A stretch of DNA of 64,000 nucleotides from positions 32,001 through 96,000 of the forward strand of contig JBBRSP010000006.1 in assembly GCA_038245295.1 (NCBI GenBank), given 5' to 3'. How positions within the stretch are numbered: position 1 is the stretch's first letter; each line of letters opens with the position of its first letter. The notes below the pieces were generated by a model. It ran no database searches. It worked only from the letters and a program-made list of their open reading frames with translations, and was not told where the DNA came from. This document shows, in pieces, positions 9,818-19,426 of the stretch. Position numbers and translations under genes: made by a program. The DNA is from Candidatus Binatia bacterium (GTDB taxonomy: Bacteria > Desulfobacterota > Binatia > HRBIN30).

Positions 9818-11661
9818 GCCGACGCATCCGCAGCGGCTCGCCGCGACCGGCGCAGGGCATCCGTGGCCTGCGTATCGATAGCCAGATCGAGATCTTCGAG
9901 CGAACCGGTCAGCACGACAGCGTAGTCGCGTTCGGCCGCCTCGCGGGAAACGTACTCATCGAGCACGTCGTCGAGAACCTTCTGCGGCTCGCGATCGAGT
10001 GGATTACCCCAACCACCGCCGCCGCCATAGCGGTACTCGTATCGCTCGCCCGGCAGATGATCGACGTAGAAGGCCGTGGTCTCGACGACATGCTCGTATG
10101 GGCTACCACAACGCAGGCGTAGCTCGTTCGGCATACCGTCTTTGCCGCCGGCGATTCCGGGCATCGGATATTTCATACCGACGACGTACGTGTAGATTTG
10201 CGACGGCGCGGCGAGCTCCTTCACGTAAAGACTGCCCGGGCAGCCGCGCCATTGGCCGGCGCCGCCGGTATCGGTGGCGTAGTCACGTGAGAGGTGACGC
10301 ACCGGGAAGATGCTCTCATTGATCTCGCCGGTGGCACGAATGAGGTTGCCGAAGCTGACATTCATCGCGCCCCAGCCGTCCTGGCCGTAGACTGCACCGC
10401 AGTAGGCCGCAAAGGTATCGACCGAGTGATCGATGAACAGCTGCTTGGTTTTCGGGTGGGTCCCGAAGATGACCGTCGGCATGCCCATCTTGTAGATCTG
10501 CGGGCAGCAGCGTTTCGGGATGACTTGCGCCATCGCCTTGGCGATCGCTTCGCCGACCTCGGTTCCCGGATGGTGGGTACCGGCAGCCACCGATTTTTCC
10601 GGCGGCGGATTCAGGCAACAGCCCAGCGGGACGATGAGCTGCATCGAATTGAAGAATCCTTCGTTCTTCGGAATCGACGGGTCCATCATACTGGCGAGTT
10701 GGGCCACGACGTAGCCGCGGGTATTGCCGAACGTAGAATAGGCTTGCAGGTTTTCACGCGTGTCAGAGCCCGTGAAGTCAATGGTCAGATCGTTGCCGCG
10801 CACCGTCACCTTGCAATGGACGTGGATATCCTTGTTCCCCTTTGGATCGTGGTCGACATACACGTCCGACTCATACGTACCGTCCGGCCACGAGGCGACC
10901 TCTTCGCGAAAGCGTCGCCCGGCATAGTCGATCATGTACTTGGCCGCGGCGCGCACGGCAGCAACACCGTGTTGTGCAATCACTTCCTGCAACCGCCGCA
11001 CACCGAGTTGAGCGGCGCCGATCTGCGCTCGCAAATCGCCGGCAAACGTCGGGGTGCGATTGTTCACCTTCATGAAGTAGGTGATGTCCTTGCGCTCGAC
11101 ACCCTTTTCGAAAATCTTCACAGCGGGGAATCGCACACCCTCGGCCCAGATGTCGCGGGCATCGACGTTGTACCCGCCCGGCATGGCACCGCCGGTATCG
11201 GCGTGGTGGCACTGGATGGACGCGATGAGCACCATCTCGCCCTTGTAAAAGACCGGGGCAAAGATGTTGTAGTCCGGCAGGTGGCCGCCACCGTGGTACG
11301 GATCGTTGGAAACCAGCACATCGCCTTCAAACAGTCCGTCCTTACCGAAGAATTCCAGGGCGAAGCGCACCGGCAACGTCGAGCTGAGCATGAACTGTGG
11401 GATGCCGACGCTGAGCGCCGCGAGGCATCCGCTGGCATCGAGGATGGTGGCGTTGCGTTCGTTCGATTGGTTCAGAATCGGCGTTGTCGCGGTCAAGCTG
11501 ACGTGGGTCGCCATCTCATAGGCAATCGTTTCCATAGCGCCGCGGATGATGGCGGCACCAACGGCATCGATCGGTGCGGCTTTCGTCCGCGTCACGGTCG
11601 GACGGCGGCGGGCTTCCTTTGTGGCACGACGCGGACTCTTGCGGATCACTCGCTTCGCCAT
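9814..11661 (-). CDS. Hydantoinase B/oxoprolinase family subunit
   Basis: NDPYHGGGHLPD, HHADTGG, DFTGS, DTGGAGQWRG, GGGGGWGNP; start MAKRV after GGAGG RBS; 4-bp overlap with the A subunit. Confidence 0.93.
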   Translation of the reverse strand: MAKRVIRKSPRRATKEARRRPTVTRTKAAPIDAVGAAIIRGAMETIAYEMATHVSLTATTPILNQSNERNATILDASGCLAALSVGIPQFMLSSTLPVRFALEFFGKDGLFEGDVLVSNDPYHGGGHLPDYNIFAPVFYKGEMVLIASIQCHHADTGGAMPGGYNVDARDIWAEGVRFPAVKIFEKGVERKDITYFMKVNNRTPTFAGDLRAQIGAAQLGVRRLQEVIAQHGVAAVRAAAKYMIDYAGRRFREEVASWPDGTYESDVYVDHDPKGNKDIHVHCKVTVRGNDLTIDFTGSDTRENLQAYSTFGNTRGYVVAQLASMMDPSIPKNEGFFNSMQLIVPLGCCLNPPPEKSVAAGTHHPGTEVGEAIAKAMAQVIPKRCCPQIYKMGMPTVIFGTHPKTKQLFIDHSVDTFAAYCGAVYGQDGWGAMNVSFGNLIRATGEINESIFPVRHLSRDYATDTGGAGQWRGCPGSLYVKELAAPSQIYTYVVGMKYPMPGIAGGKDGMPNELRLRCGSPYEHVVETTAFYVDHLPGERYEYRYGGGGGWGNPLDREPQKVLDDVLDEYVSREAAERDYAVVLTGSLEDLDLAIDTQATDALRRSRRAAADASA

Positions 11662-11689
11662 GTGTCCTCCTCGACCTTTGCTGTCGGTG

Positions 11690-12100
11690 TCAGCGCCGCG
11701 GTCGAAACTTCGGCAGTGAGATCTCGTCGTTGATACGTCCGAAGACAACCTCGACGGACATGCCGATATGGATCTCGTCGTTCAGGCAATCAACGATGTG
11801 TGTATGCAGGCGTGGCCCTTCGTCGAGTTGGACGATTGTCACGTTGTACGGTGTGTCGGCGTTGAACGCCGGATGTTGCGACTGGTGCACGATGATCCAG
11901 CTGAAGACGACGCCGCGCCCACTCAGTTTGGCCCACTCAAATTTCTCCGACAGGCAGCGTGGGCAGAGGAGCGCCGGCGGGAAGCGCACGTGATTACAGT
12001 CGCCGCAGCGCTGCATGCGCAGCTCGCCTTTTTGGGTTGCCTCCCAATAGGGAGCGGTATCTTCATTCGGTCGCGGCAGCGGCTTTTCAATGGCGAACAT
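11690..12100 (-). CDS. Zn-ribbon/OB-fold protein (DUF35/ChsH2-like)
   Basis: PYWEA, QRCGDC...CPRC, SGRGVVFSW, VQLDEGPRL. Confidence 0.92.
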   Translation of the reverse strand: MFAIEKPLPRPNEDTAPYWEATQKGELRMQRCGDCNHVRFPPALLCPRCLSEKFEWAKLSGRGVVFSWIIVHQSQHPAFNADTPYNVTIVQLDEGPRLHTHIVDCLNDEIHIGMSVEVVFGRINDEISLPKFRPRR

Positions 12101-12117
12101 GCAGGCAACCTCGTTGA

Positions 12118-13275
12118 TCAGGCGCTCAGGATCAGGGCGCTGTAGCTAACGGTCGGCGGCGCTTCGTGTGGCGCCCCGCCGTACCCCGTAACGATACCGA
12201 GCTGCGCGGCCGGCACCTGGCGCGCGGCAGCCTCACCACGCAACTGGCGCACTCCTTCGCGGATATGGCCGAAGCCGGACAGGTGCCCCTCGGAGATCAG
12301 GCCACCAGCCGTATTCGCCGGCAATGAACCCCCATAGGTGAGGTTACCGGCAGCAATGAAATCGCCGACATCCGCCGGCTTGCAGAAGCCATAGGCGATC
12401 AGATCGTGCACGACGCGCGGTGTAAAGGCGTCGTAGATCTGTGCGACGTCGATGTCCTGCGGGGTTACCCCGGCCATCGCGAATGCCAGCTTGCCAGCCT
12501 TGGCACCACCGAAGGTGGGTCGATCATTGCCGTAAGGATGGATCATCTCGGTTGAGTGTGATTGTCCGGCACCGAGGATCCGCACCGGCTTCTTGGCGAG
12601 ATCGCGCGCCCGCTCGACCGACGTGACAATGCAGGCGCCACCGCCGTCGGTGTTCGGGCAACAGTCGAACAGGCGCAAGGGCTCGGCGACCCAGCGGGAG
12701 GCCATGTAACTCTCGAGGGTCATCGGTTTGCGCATCTGAGCGTCCGGATTATTCAGCGCATGGCGCCGCCATGTTGTCGCGATCTGGCCATAGTGCTCGT
12801 CCTTGAGCCCAAACTCGTGTTGCTGCCGGCGCTTGATGTGGGCCATGAGGCAGATGGCGCCGACGTCACCGTACGGCACCTGGAACTCGGAACCGAACAA
12901 CTGCATGGCGACGCCCTGCGGCCAGTTTTGCGTCGCGAAGCAGCACAACACAGCCTTGCAGTAGCCGGCATCGATCGCCGCGATGGCGGTCTGCACCGAA
13001 CCGCACGCCGTTGCGCCACCCAGATCCATGGTCGCCGAAAACGTTGGCTCGATACCGAGATACGCGGCAACACGCGCCGCCCAGCCATGCTGCTCGCCGA
13101 GGATGGCCGGCATCATGACGAGAACACCGTCGATGTCGTCGCGCGACAGGCCGCAGTCTTCGATGGCGCGTTTACTCGCCTCGATGGTGAATCCCATGGT
13201 GCTGACCCCCTGCAGCTTTCCGAAGCGCGAGGTGCCGACACCAACGATTGCGTAGCTTCCAGATAAGCGGCTCAT
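12118..13275 (-). CDS. Thiolase-superfamily protein (SCP-x/Ltp2-like)
   Basis: AIVGVG, PLRLFDCCPNTDGG, DVAQIYDAFT, NTAGGLISEGH, EGVRQLRG. Confidence 0.9.
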   Translation of the reverse strand: MSRLSGSYAIVGVGTSRFGKLQGVSTMGFTIEASKRAIEDCGLSRDDIDGVLVMMPAILGEQHGWAARVAAYLGIEPTFSATMDLGGATACGSVQTAIAAIDAGYCKAVLCCFATQNWPQGVAMQLFGSEFQVPYGDVGAICLMAHIKRRQQHEFGLKDEHYGQIATTWRRHALNNPDAQMRKPMTLESYMASRWVAEPLRLFDCCPNTDGGGACIVTSVERARDLAKKPVRILGAGQSHSTEMIHPYGNDRPTFGGAKAGKLAFAMAGVTPQDIDVAQIYDAFTPRVVHDLIAYGFCKPADVGDFIAAGNLTYGGSLPANTAGGLISEGHLSGFGHIREGVRQLRGEAAARQVPAAQLGIVTGYGGAPHEAPPTVSYSALILSA

Positions 13276-13509
13276 GCTCTCCCTATCGACCGCGACGGGC
13301 CGCGCCGATGTCAATCAAGTGCTTGGAGCGTTTGCTCGAACGTCCGACCGAAGTCAAGAAATCCATCACATTGGCGTCACCGGTTCACAGATACGAGGCA
13401 GATGACGCTTGACACCGCCGCCACAAGGGAAAATAAGAGCGGCCGAAACAACTGTTTGATTCGAGCTTTCGGACGCCTGCGGCAAAGGCCGCGGTCGAAA
13501 GGGGGAAGT

Positions 13510-15264
13510 ATGAGGCGGACGGTTACTCCACGTAGCCAGTGGGTTCTTCTGGGCGCGTTGCTTGTTGCGAGCATGACGCGCCAAGCAGGCGCGGTGTATC
13601 TGGACGAAGGGCAGAACATTTCGCTACGGGCGCGCGTCTACAGCCAGGCTAGTATCCGGGTTGAGGATTCGAAGACCGATACGATCCCTACCACCAAGGC
13701 CGGGCAACTCGTGTCGAACCGCAACTTCTACAATCCTGAGCTCGAAGCCAAGTTACTACCGATGCTCGGTACGTGGCTGAGCCCCTACGCGGACGACTTG
13801 AGTTTCCGTGCCGCCGCCTGGGGCTTCTACGACGGCGTGTACGATTACGGGTCAGGACAGTTTCACGATCAAGCGCGACAGGTGAATGCGACGTTTGGCG
13901 ACTTCAGTAACCCCCGCCAGCAGCACCAGGCCTGGTACCTCGAAGGACCGACGATCGATACCAAGGCGAAGACCTTCGATCAGGTTTTCCCTGGGTACGA
14001 AGTCCAGAACCCGCGTGATATTTACGGTCATCGCCAACGTATCAACGAGCTGTATTTGAATTACGCGAAGGGGCCCTTCTTCTTGCGCCTGGGCCGTCAG
14101 GCGATTTCCTGGGGTGAAGCCGACACCATCGCGTTGCTCGATCAAAACAATCCGTTCGACGTGACACTCGGTGCACCGGGAATCTTCCAAGACCTCGACG
14201 AAGCGCGCATTCCGCTCTGGACCGCACGGACGAGCCTCAACCTCTTCGACAACCTGGGGCCACTCTCGAGCGGTTTCGTCGAGGCGTACCTGGTCCCCGG
14301 CGACATCGACACAGAAACCGGTATTCTGCCGATCCTGACCGCAAGCCCGTATACAGTGCGCGGCAATGACCCCAATCAGAACCCCGTATTGGTAGACGCC
14401 TGCAAGAACACCGGTCTCTGCCCACAGTTTGTTCTCTTCGATCACCGTCCACCGAAGAATTTCGAAAAGAGTCGATGGGGTGTGCGCTTCCAAACGGTCG
14501 TGAACGGCGCCTACACCGTTCAAGCGTGGTATTACACCCACTTCCCGAACGCCCCGGTCCCGCTCAAGAATACGCCAACGATCGTCGGTACGGGTGCCAG
14601 ACGGACCAATCTTTTCATCATCTCAACCGAGCATCGGCTCACCCATGTTGCGGGCGCGGCGACCAGCTTCTTCGTCGAGCCACTCGATTCGATTCTGCGC
14701 GCCGAAGTCGAGTACTTTTTCAACGAGCCCGGATTCGTGCCGGAACGCAGCCTATTGATCCCCAGTCAACGGGAACCGAATCTCAACCCCTTGGGTGGAC
14801 CAGGCGACCTGCAGCACGCCGACATCGTGAGATGGGAAACCGGTTTGGACCGCTTCTTCTTCATCCACCCGCTCAATCCGTCGAATAGCTTCCTCGGCGT
14901 CATCGCCTTCGTCGGCATGGTCAACCTCGATGAGACGCCGCAGCGGGACTTCCGCATGAATGGCCAGCAAAAGCCCGGCACGACCGGCCAGAACGCCGAC
15001 GACTTCGTACAGCAGAAGCAGGTGGAGGGTTTCGCGGAGGTTCATACCCAGACGGACTACATGCACGGACGCCTGACGCCGCAGCTCACGGTGATCGCCA
15101 ACATCCGTGGCACCTATGCGGTTCAACCGCAGGTGACCTACCGCTTTTACGATTGGCTGTTGTTCGACTTGAACTGGGCTCACATCGGCGGCGAGTACCA
15201 GTCGTTGGGATTCTTCAAGGACCGCGATCAGATCAGCGCCCGCATGACCCTGCAACTCAACTAG
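13510..15264 (+). CDS. DUF1302-family outer-membrane protein
   Basis: Signal peptide, RINELY, LRLGRQAISWGEAD, NPFD, C-terminal KDRDQISARMTLQLN beta strand. Confidence 0.75.
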   Translation: MRRTVTPRSQWVLLGALLVASMTRQAGAVYLDEGQNISLRARVYSQASIRVEDSKTDTIPTTKAGQLVSNRNFYNPELEAKLLPMLGTWLSPYADDLSFRAAAWGFYDGVYDYGSGQFHDQARQVNATFGDFSNPRQQHQAWYLEGPTIDTKAKTFDQVFPGYEVQNPRDIYGHRQRINELYLNYAKGPFFLRLGRQAISWGEADTIALLDQNNPFDVTLGAPGIFQDLDEARIPLWTARTSLNLFDNLGPLSSGFVEAYLVPGDIDTETGILPILTASPYTVRGNDPNQNPVLVDACKNTGLCPQFVLFDHRPPKNFEKSRWGVRFQTVVNGAYTVQAWYYTHFPNAPVPLKNTPTIVGTGARRTNLFIISTEHRLTHVAGAATSFFVEPLDSILRAEVEYFFNEPGFVPERSLLIPSQREPNLNPLGGPGDLQHADIVRWETGLDRFFFIHPLNPSNSFLGVIAFVGMVNLDETPQRDFRMNGQQKPGTTGQNADDFVQQKQVEGFAEVHTQTDYMHGRLTPQLTVIANIRGTYAVQPQVTYRFYDWLLFDLNWAHIGGEYQSLGFFKDRDQISARMTLQLN

Positions 15265-15320
15265 CCGCGGTTCGTCGAAGCCGTCGACGAGAATATCCCG
15301 AGCGTAGACAGCCACGCACA

Positions 15321-15346
15321 GAGAGGCGACCAATAGGTCGCCTCTC
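15321..15346. terminator. Hairpin between convergent genes, probable terminator
   Basis: Perfect 11-bp stem GAGAGGCGACC-aata-GGTCGCCTCTC; no clear U-tract. Confidence 0.5.
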
Positions 15347-15390
15347 GTAGTTTGCGGTTGCCGACGACGATCGCGCCGGTATCAGCACAG

Positions 15391-16383
15391 TCAAGATTCA
15401 CCCGCCAAGCCGGTTTCGCGAGTCAACCCGGCGATATCGGAGTCCACCATCCGCCGCACGAGCGCGGCAAAGTCCAAGGATGGGGCCCATCCGAGCTTGG
15501 CGCGCGCCTTTGACGCGTCGCCGATCAGACGATGGACCTCAGCGAGCCGGTGCAGAGCAGGATCTTCGCGGACGTACGGCTGCCATTCGAGCCCGGCGTG
15601 GGCGAAGGCGATCTCGACAACATCCTGAACGCTGTGATCTTCACCGGTGGCAACGACATAGTCTTCGGGCCTGTCCTGTTGCAGCATGAGCCACATGGCG
15701 CGCACATAGTCGGGCGCATAGCCCCAGTCGCGGCGGGCCGCGAGATTCCCGAGGCGCAGCTCCGTGGCGTGGCCGAGCTTGATGCGCGCAACGGCGTCGC
15801 TGATCTTGCGCGTCACGAACTCTTTCCCGCGGCGTGGCGACTCGTGATTGAACAAGATTCCAGAGCAGGCAAACAACCCATAACTCTCGCGGTAGTTGAC
15901 GGTGATGTAGTGGCCGTACACTTTCGCGACGCCGTAGGGGCTCCGTGGGTAAAAGGGCGTCTGCTCGGATTGTGGCACTTCGCGCACCTGCCCGAACATC
16001 TCGCTCGACGAGGCCTGATAGAAACGAATCGACGAATCGACGACCCGAATTGCCTCGAGGAGGCGGGTTACGCCGACGGCGTTGAACTCGGCGGTCAGCA
16101 TGGGCTGGTCCCAGGAGGTGGGAACGAACGATTGTGCCGCGAGGTTGTAAACCTCATGGGGGCGAACGCGCTTCAAGGCGAGGATGAGCGACTGAGGATC
16201 CAACAGGTCACCTTGGAGTAGTTCGACATCGCGACGCAGGTGCTCGATGCGTTCGAGCTTGTCGGAACTGGTGCGGCGAATCATGCCGGAGACCTCGTAG
16301 CCTTGCTCGAGGAGGAACTCGGCGAGGTACGAGCCATCTTGCCCGGTGATGCCGGTGATCAAAGCGCGGCGCTTCGTGCCCAT
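15391..16383 (-). CDS. gmd: GDP-mannose 4,6-dehydratase
   Basis: [53 protein letters not shown]. Confidence 0.97.
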   Translation of the reverse strand: MGTKRRALITGITGQDGSYLAEFLLEQGYEVSGMIRRTSSDKLERIEHLRRDVELLQGDLLDPQSLILALKRVRPHEVYNLAAQSFVPTSWDQPMLTAEFNAVGVTRLLEAIRVVDSSIRFYQASSSEMFGQVREVPQSEQTPFYPRSPYGVAKVYGHYITVNYRESYGLFACSGILFNHESPRRGKEFVTRKISDAVARIKLGHATELRLGNLAARRDWGYAPDYVRAMWLMLQQDRPEDYVVATGEDHSVQDVVEIAFAHAGLEWQPYVREDPALHRLAEVHRLIGDASKARAKLGWAPSLDFAALVRRMVDSDIAGLTRETGLAGES

Positions 16384-16775
16384 CAGTTTTTGGCGCGGCC
16401 GTAACGATCTTCGAGTCGCACCACGTCATCGAGCTCAGGCGAAGAGGCTTCGATCACGTCGCTGTCCGTCACAGCGATGATGCGGTGTCGTAGTAACGCG
16501 GGAATGCGAAAACTCTTGCCCGGACTAAGCCGAACGGTGCGCCGTGGGCCGTCGTCCGTCGCTGCGATTTCGAGCCGGATATCACCCGAAAGGACACAAA
16601 TCGTTTCATCCTTTTTTCGATGGTACTGCCAACTAAGCGCTTCTCCCGCTTTCACGTGGAGAATTTTGCCGGCGTACCGAGGCGACTCTCCCCAGATCCA
16701 CTCGTGGCCCCAGGGTTTGCGGACCCGGCGCCCACGGAAGGGTTTTGGAAGCGTGTCCTTGAAGGCGCGGCTCAC
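16383..16775 (-). CDS. Cupin protein (mannose-6-phosphate isomerase-like)
   Basis: [30 protein letters not shown]. Confidence 0.85.
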   Translation of the reverse strand: MSRAFKDTLPKPFRGRRVRKPWGHEWIWGESPRYAGKILHVKAGEALSWQYHRKKDETICVLSGDIRLEIAATDDGPRRTVRLSPGKSFRIPALLRHRIIAVTDSDVIEASSPELDDVVRLEDRYGRAKN

Positions 16776-17701
16776 TTCGGCACTCCGTAGAGCAAGACGA
16801 CGCTCGCGACGACATAGAGAAAGATATCGATCAATAGTGGGCGGTCGGCCAGCAGGAGTTGGGCCGGGCTTCCGCCCTGCTCGCGCTGGTGGACAAGATA
16901 GAGATAACGGAAGATTCCAAACAACACGAAGGGAATGGTCAGATACAAATTGTCGGTCCCCAACTTTTCGCGCACCTCGGGCGAGGCGGTATAGCTGGCG
17001 TATGCCACCACGGTTGATGCGGTAACGACCGATATCATCTGATCGAGAAAGTACGGGCTGTACTCGCGCAGGCTGGCGCGGTGGTCCGTGGCCTTACCTT
17101 CGAGCAGGATAAGCTCGTGGCGACGCTTCGAGAAACCGAGGAAGAGCATGAGAAGGAAGGTGCAGATCATCAACCAGGGAGAGACCGGAACACCAATGAC
17201 GACACCACCGGCGGCGGCGCGAATGACGAAGCCCGAGGCGATCGCCATGACGTCGAGGATGACCACCTCCTTGAGCCAATACGTGTAGGCGAACTGCAGC
17301 GCGACATAGAGGGCGGCCAGGACGGCAAATGCGTGACTGAGCGCCGTCGCCCCAGCCAGCCCGCCCAGCATCAGGAATGCGGAAACAAAGGCCGCCGTTT
17401 GATAGCGTATCCGACCGGCCGGGATCGGGCGTTTTGACTTCATCGGATGCTGGCGGTCGCGATCGCGATCGCGAATGTCGTTCATCACATAGGCGCCGCT
17501 GGCGATGGCGCAGAATACGGCAAAGGCGCCGACCACCGGGAGGACCTGCTGCACATCGAACAGGTGCTTTGAAAACAGCAGGGCGCCGAAGACGAGGGAG
17601 TTCTTGCTCCACTCGACGGGCCGGAGCAAACGCAGCCAATCGGCAAGCGTCGTTGGGCGTATCTGACTCATGGGCAAGGGCTGGGTTTGAGGTCGTTCCA
17701 T
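16772..17701 (-). CDS. UbiA-family decaprenyl-phosphate phosphoribosyltransferase-like protein
   Basis: LLRPVEWSKN, YVMNDIRD...DRQHPMKSKRPIPAG, KRRHEL, FGIFRYLYL; start uncertain (17701 or 17671). Confidence 0.88.
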   Translation of the reverse strand: MERPQTQPLPMSQIRPTTLADWLRLLRPVEWSKNSLVFGALLFSKHLFDVQQVLPVVGAFAVFCAIASGAYVMNDIRDRDRDRQHPMKSKRPIPAGRIRYQTAAFVSAFLMLGGLAGATALSHAFAVLAALYVALQFAYTYWLKEVVILDVMAIASGFVIRAAAGGVVIGVPVSPWLMICTFLLMLFLGFSKRRHELILLEGKATDHRASLREYSPYFLDQMISVVTASTVVAYASYTASPEVREKLGTDNLYLTIPFVLFGIFRYLYLVHQREQGGSPAQLLLADRPLLIDIFLYVVASVVLLYGVPK

Positions 17702-17823
17702 GCGTGTCTGCGCTTCTAGCTGAATTGCGAGTCTCAGCACGTCGTAACGCGGGAATCAAGCAACAGCGATTGACCGCGAGGCAGGGAGGTCGATAGAGTC
17801 GAAACCTTGTAACGGTGAAATGA

Positions 17824-18534
17824 ATGAATCCTTGGGAATGGTTTCAGGTAACGACCCGGATGTACTGGCGCGTCTTTCGCGAGGCGGGCGTCTTGGCATT
17901 GGCGAACTGGCCGGTGCTGGCAACATTGTTCGTCTACTCGGCGGTCATGGCGCTGACGCTGCGCCTGGTGGGTTTTTTCGGCATGGCCGGCGGCTTCCTT
18001 TTCGCTCTCGTTTCGGCAGCTTGCACGGGATCGTTTCTCTACCTCGTGGAGATGATCGTTCGCACCTCCAAGGTATCGATGAACGACTTTCGCAGCAGCT
18101 TTGTGCCGTACCTCAGCGATGTCCTGGGTGTCTCGTTCTTGTCGTGGATTTTCTTCATGGTCGTGGCACCGGCCCTGCTGACAATGCCGGATGGCGTCAT
18201 CCTGTTGCTGTTCGTTCAATTCGTGTTGTTCGTCCTGTTCAATGCCGTCCCGGAGCTCATCTACCTCGGACACTTCTCTTCGATCGGGCTTCTGCGCGAA
18301 AGCTACGTCTTCATTAGCGTGAATTGGATCGAGTGGTTTCCAGCCAATCTCCTGGCGCTCGGGCTGCTCTATGCCATTTGGGCACTACCGATGCCGGGAG
18401 TGTTGGAATACCTGCAGGTCGCGCTGGTCAATCTGGCCATTTACTTCGTGGCGGTCATGCGCGGTATCTTGTTCATTGAACTCTACAACTCGAACTCACG
18501 CGGCCGCGCTTTCAAGTATCGCAGCGGGGCTTAG
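17824..18534 (+). CDS. Hypothetical multi-pass membrane protein
   Basis: 236 aa with about 6 hydrophobic segments; occupies its own intergenic space. Confidence 0.75.
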   Translation: MNPWEWFQVTTRMYWRVFREAGVLALANWPVLATLFVYSAVMALTLRLVGFFGMAGGFLFALVSAACTGSFLYLVEMIVRTSKVSMNDFRSSFVPYLSDVLGVSFLSWIFFMVVAPALLTMPDGVILLLFVQFVLFVLFNAVPELIYLGHFSSIGLLRESYVFISVNWIEWFPANLLALGLLYAIWALPMPGVLEYLQVALVNLAIYFVAVMRGILFIELYNSNSRGRAFKYRSGA

Positions 18535-18683
18535 AGGTTGACCGTCTGGCAATTTGGCCGGTTGCGCATCTTGCTCATCGGTCGGGGGAGGTGGTCCCCC
18601 ACGGGGTTACCGCAGGGGACCAGGGTTGAGGAGGGGACTCCTGCAGGCAGACTTGAGCGCCCGCAGTAGGACGGGCGGAATAC

Positions 18684-18887
18684 TTATGCGGCTCGTTCGC
18701 GCACTTGTCCGAATCGCGAGGCTCGTTCGCCGACCTCGCGGAGTGTTTCCGGGTCAACCCCGCGCAAAGCAAGTACGAGCGGCACGCTGGCACCAAGCAC
18801 CAGGATAAGGCTTACGATACTGAACCCAGCGTCAACTTCGACCGGCCCCGGCAAGGGGGCCGAGAACAAGAACCAATCCATCTTCAT
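18684..18887 (-). CDS. Small single-TM protein (about 67 aa)
   Basis: MKMDWFLFSAPLPGPVEVDAGFSIVSLILVLGASVPLVLALRG...ERAA; one TM helix; downstream of the HTH gene on the same strand. Confidence 0.5.
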   Translation of the reverse strand: MKMDWFLFSAPLPGPVEVDAGFSIVSLILVLGASVPLVLALRGVDPETLREVGERASRFGQVRERAA

Positions 18888-18998
18888 TCCGCCAGGCTGC
18901 GCACCCCCTTCCAACGGCGATGCGCGCTGGAAGGGGGCATCAGGGTACGATTCCCTCGCGGGAAGGATTTGAATGTTGCGCCATACGAGAGAGACTGC

Positions 18999-19274
18999 TC
19001 AATGCGCCACAGCGGCGCCGTTGGCGTAGCTGGTACGGGCCGTATCCATGGCAGCTTCCATGCCGAGACTCTCAGGCGTGCTCAGGAACCACTCCATCGG
19101 TCGCCCGGTGTAGCAAGCGATACGAAAGAGCACTTCCGTCGAGGGGACGCGTCCATTGAGATAGTTGTAAAGGGCCGACAGGCTCACGCCGATGTCATAG
19201 GCGAATGCCTTCGGCTCATCGGCAACAACTTCCCTCAATCGCTGCGCCACCATCTGTGAATCGATCCGTCCCAT
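18999..19274 (-). CDS. XRE/Cro-type helix-turn-helix regulator
   Basis: RLREV...KAFAYDIGVSLSALYNYLNGRVPSTEVLFRIA...MEWFL; strong AAAAGGAG RBS. Confidence 0.88.
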   Translation of the reverse strand: MGRIDSQMVAQRLREVVADEPKAFAYDIGVSLSALYNYLNGRVPSTEVLFRIACYTGRPMEWFLSTPESLGMEAAMDTARTSYANGAAVAH

Positions 19275-19360
19275 GATCTTCTCCTTTTACGGATCGGGTT
19301 GAACGAGAAAGTGTCCGTCATCACTCTCCCGCCTGCCGCCCAATGCGGCGAAACGTTAGA

Positions 19361-19400
19361 AAACAAAAAAGGCCACCGGACTTTCGTCCGGTGGCCTTTT
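19361..19400 (-). terminator. Intrinsic terminator in the 5' leader of the XRE gene
   Basis: Minus strand AAAAGGCCACCGGAC-GAAA-GTCCGGTGGCC-TTTTTTGTTT: perfect stem, GNRA loop, U-tract. Confidence 0.9.
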
Positions 19401-19426
19401 GATTCTCAGGGATTGTTCCGTTTTTG

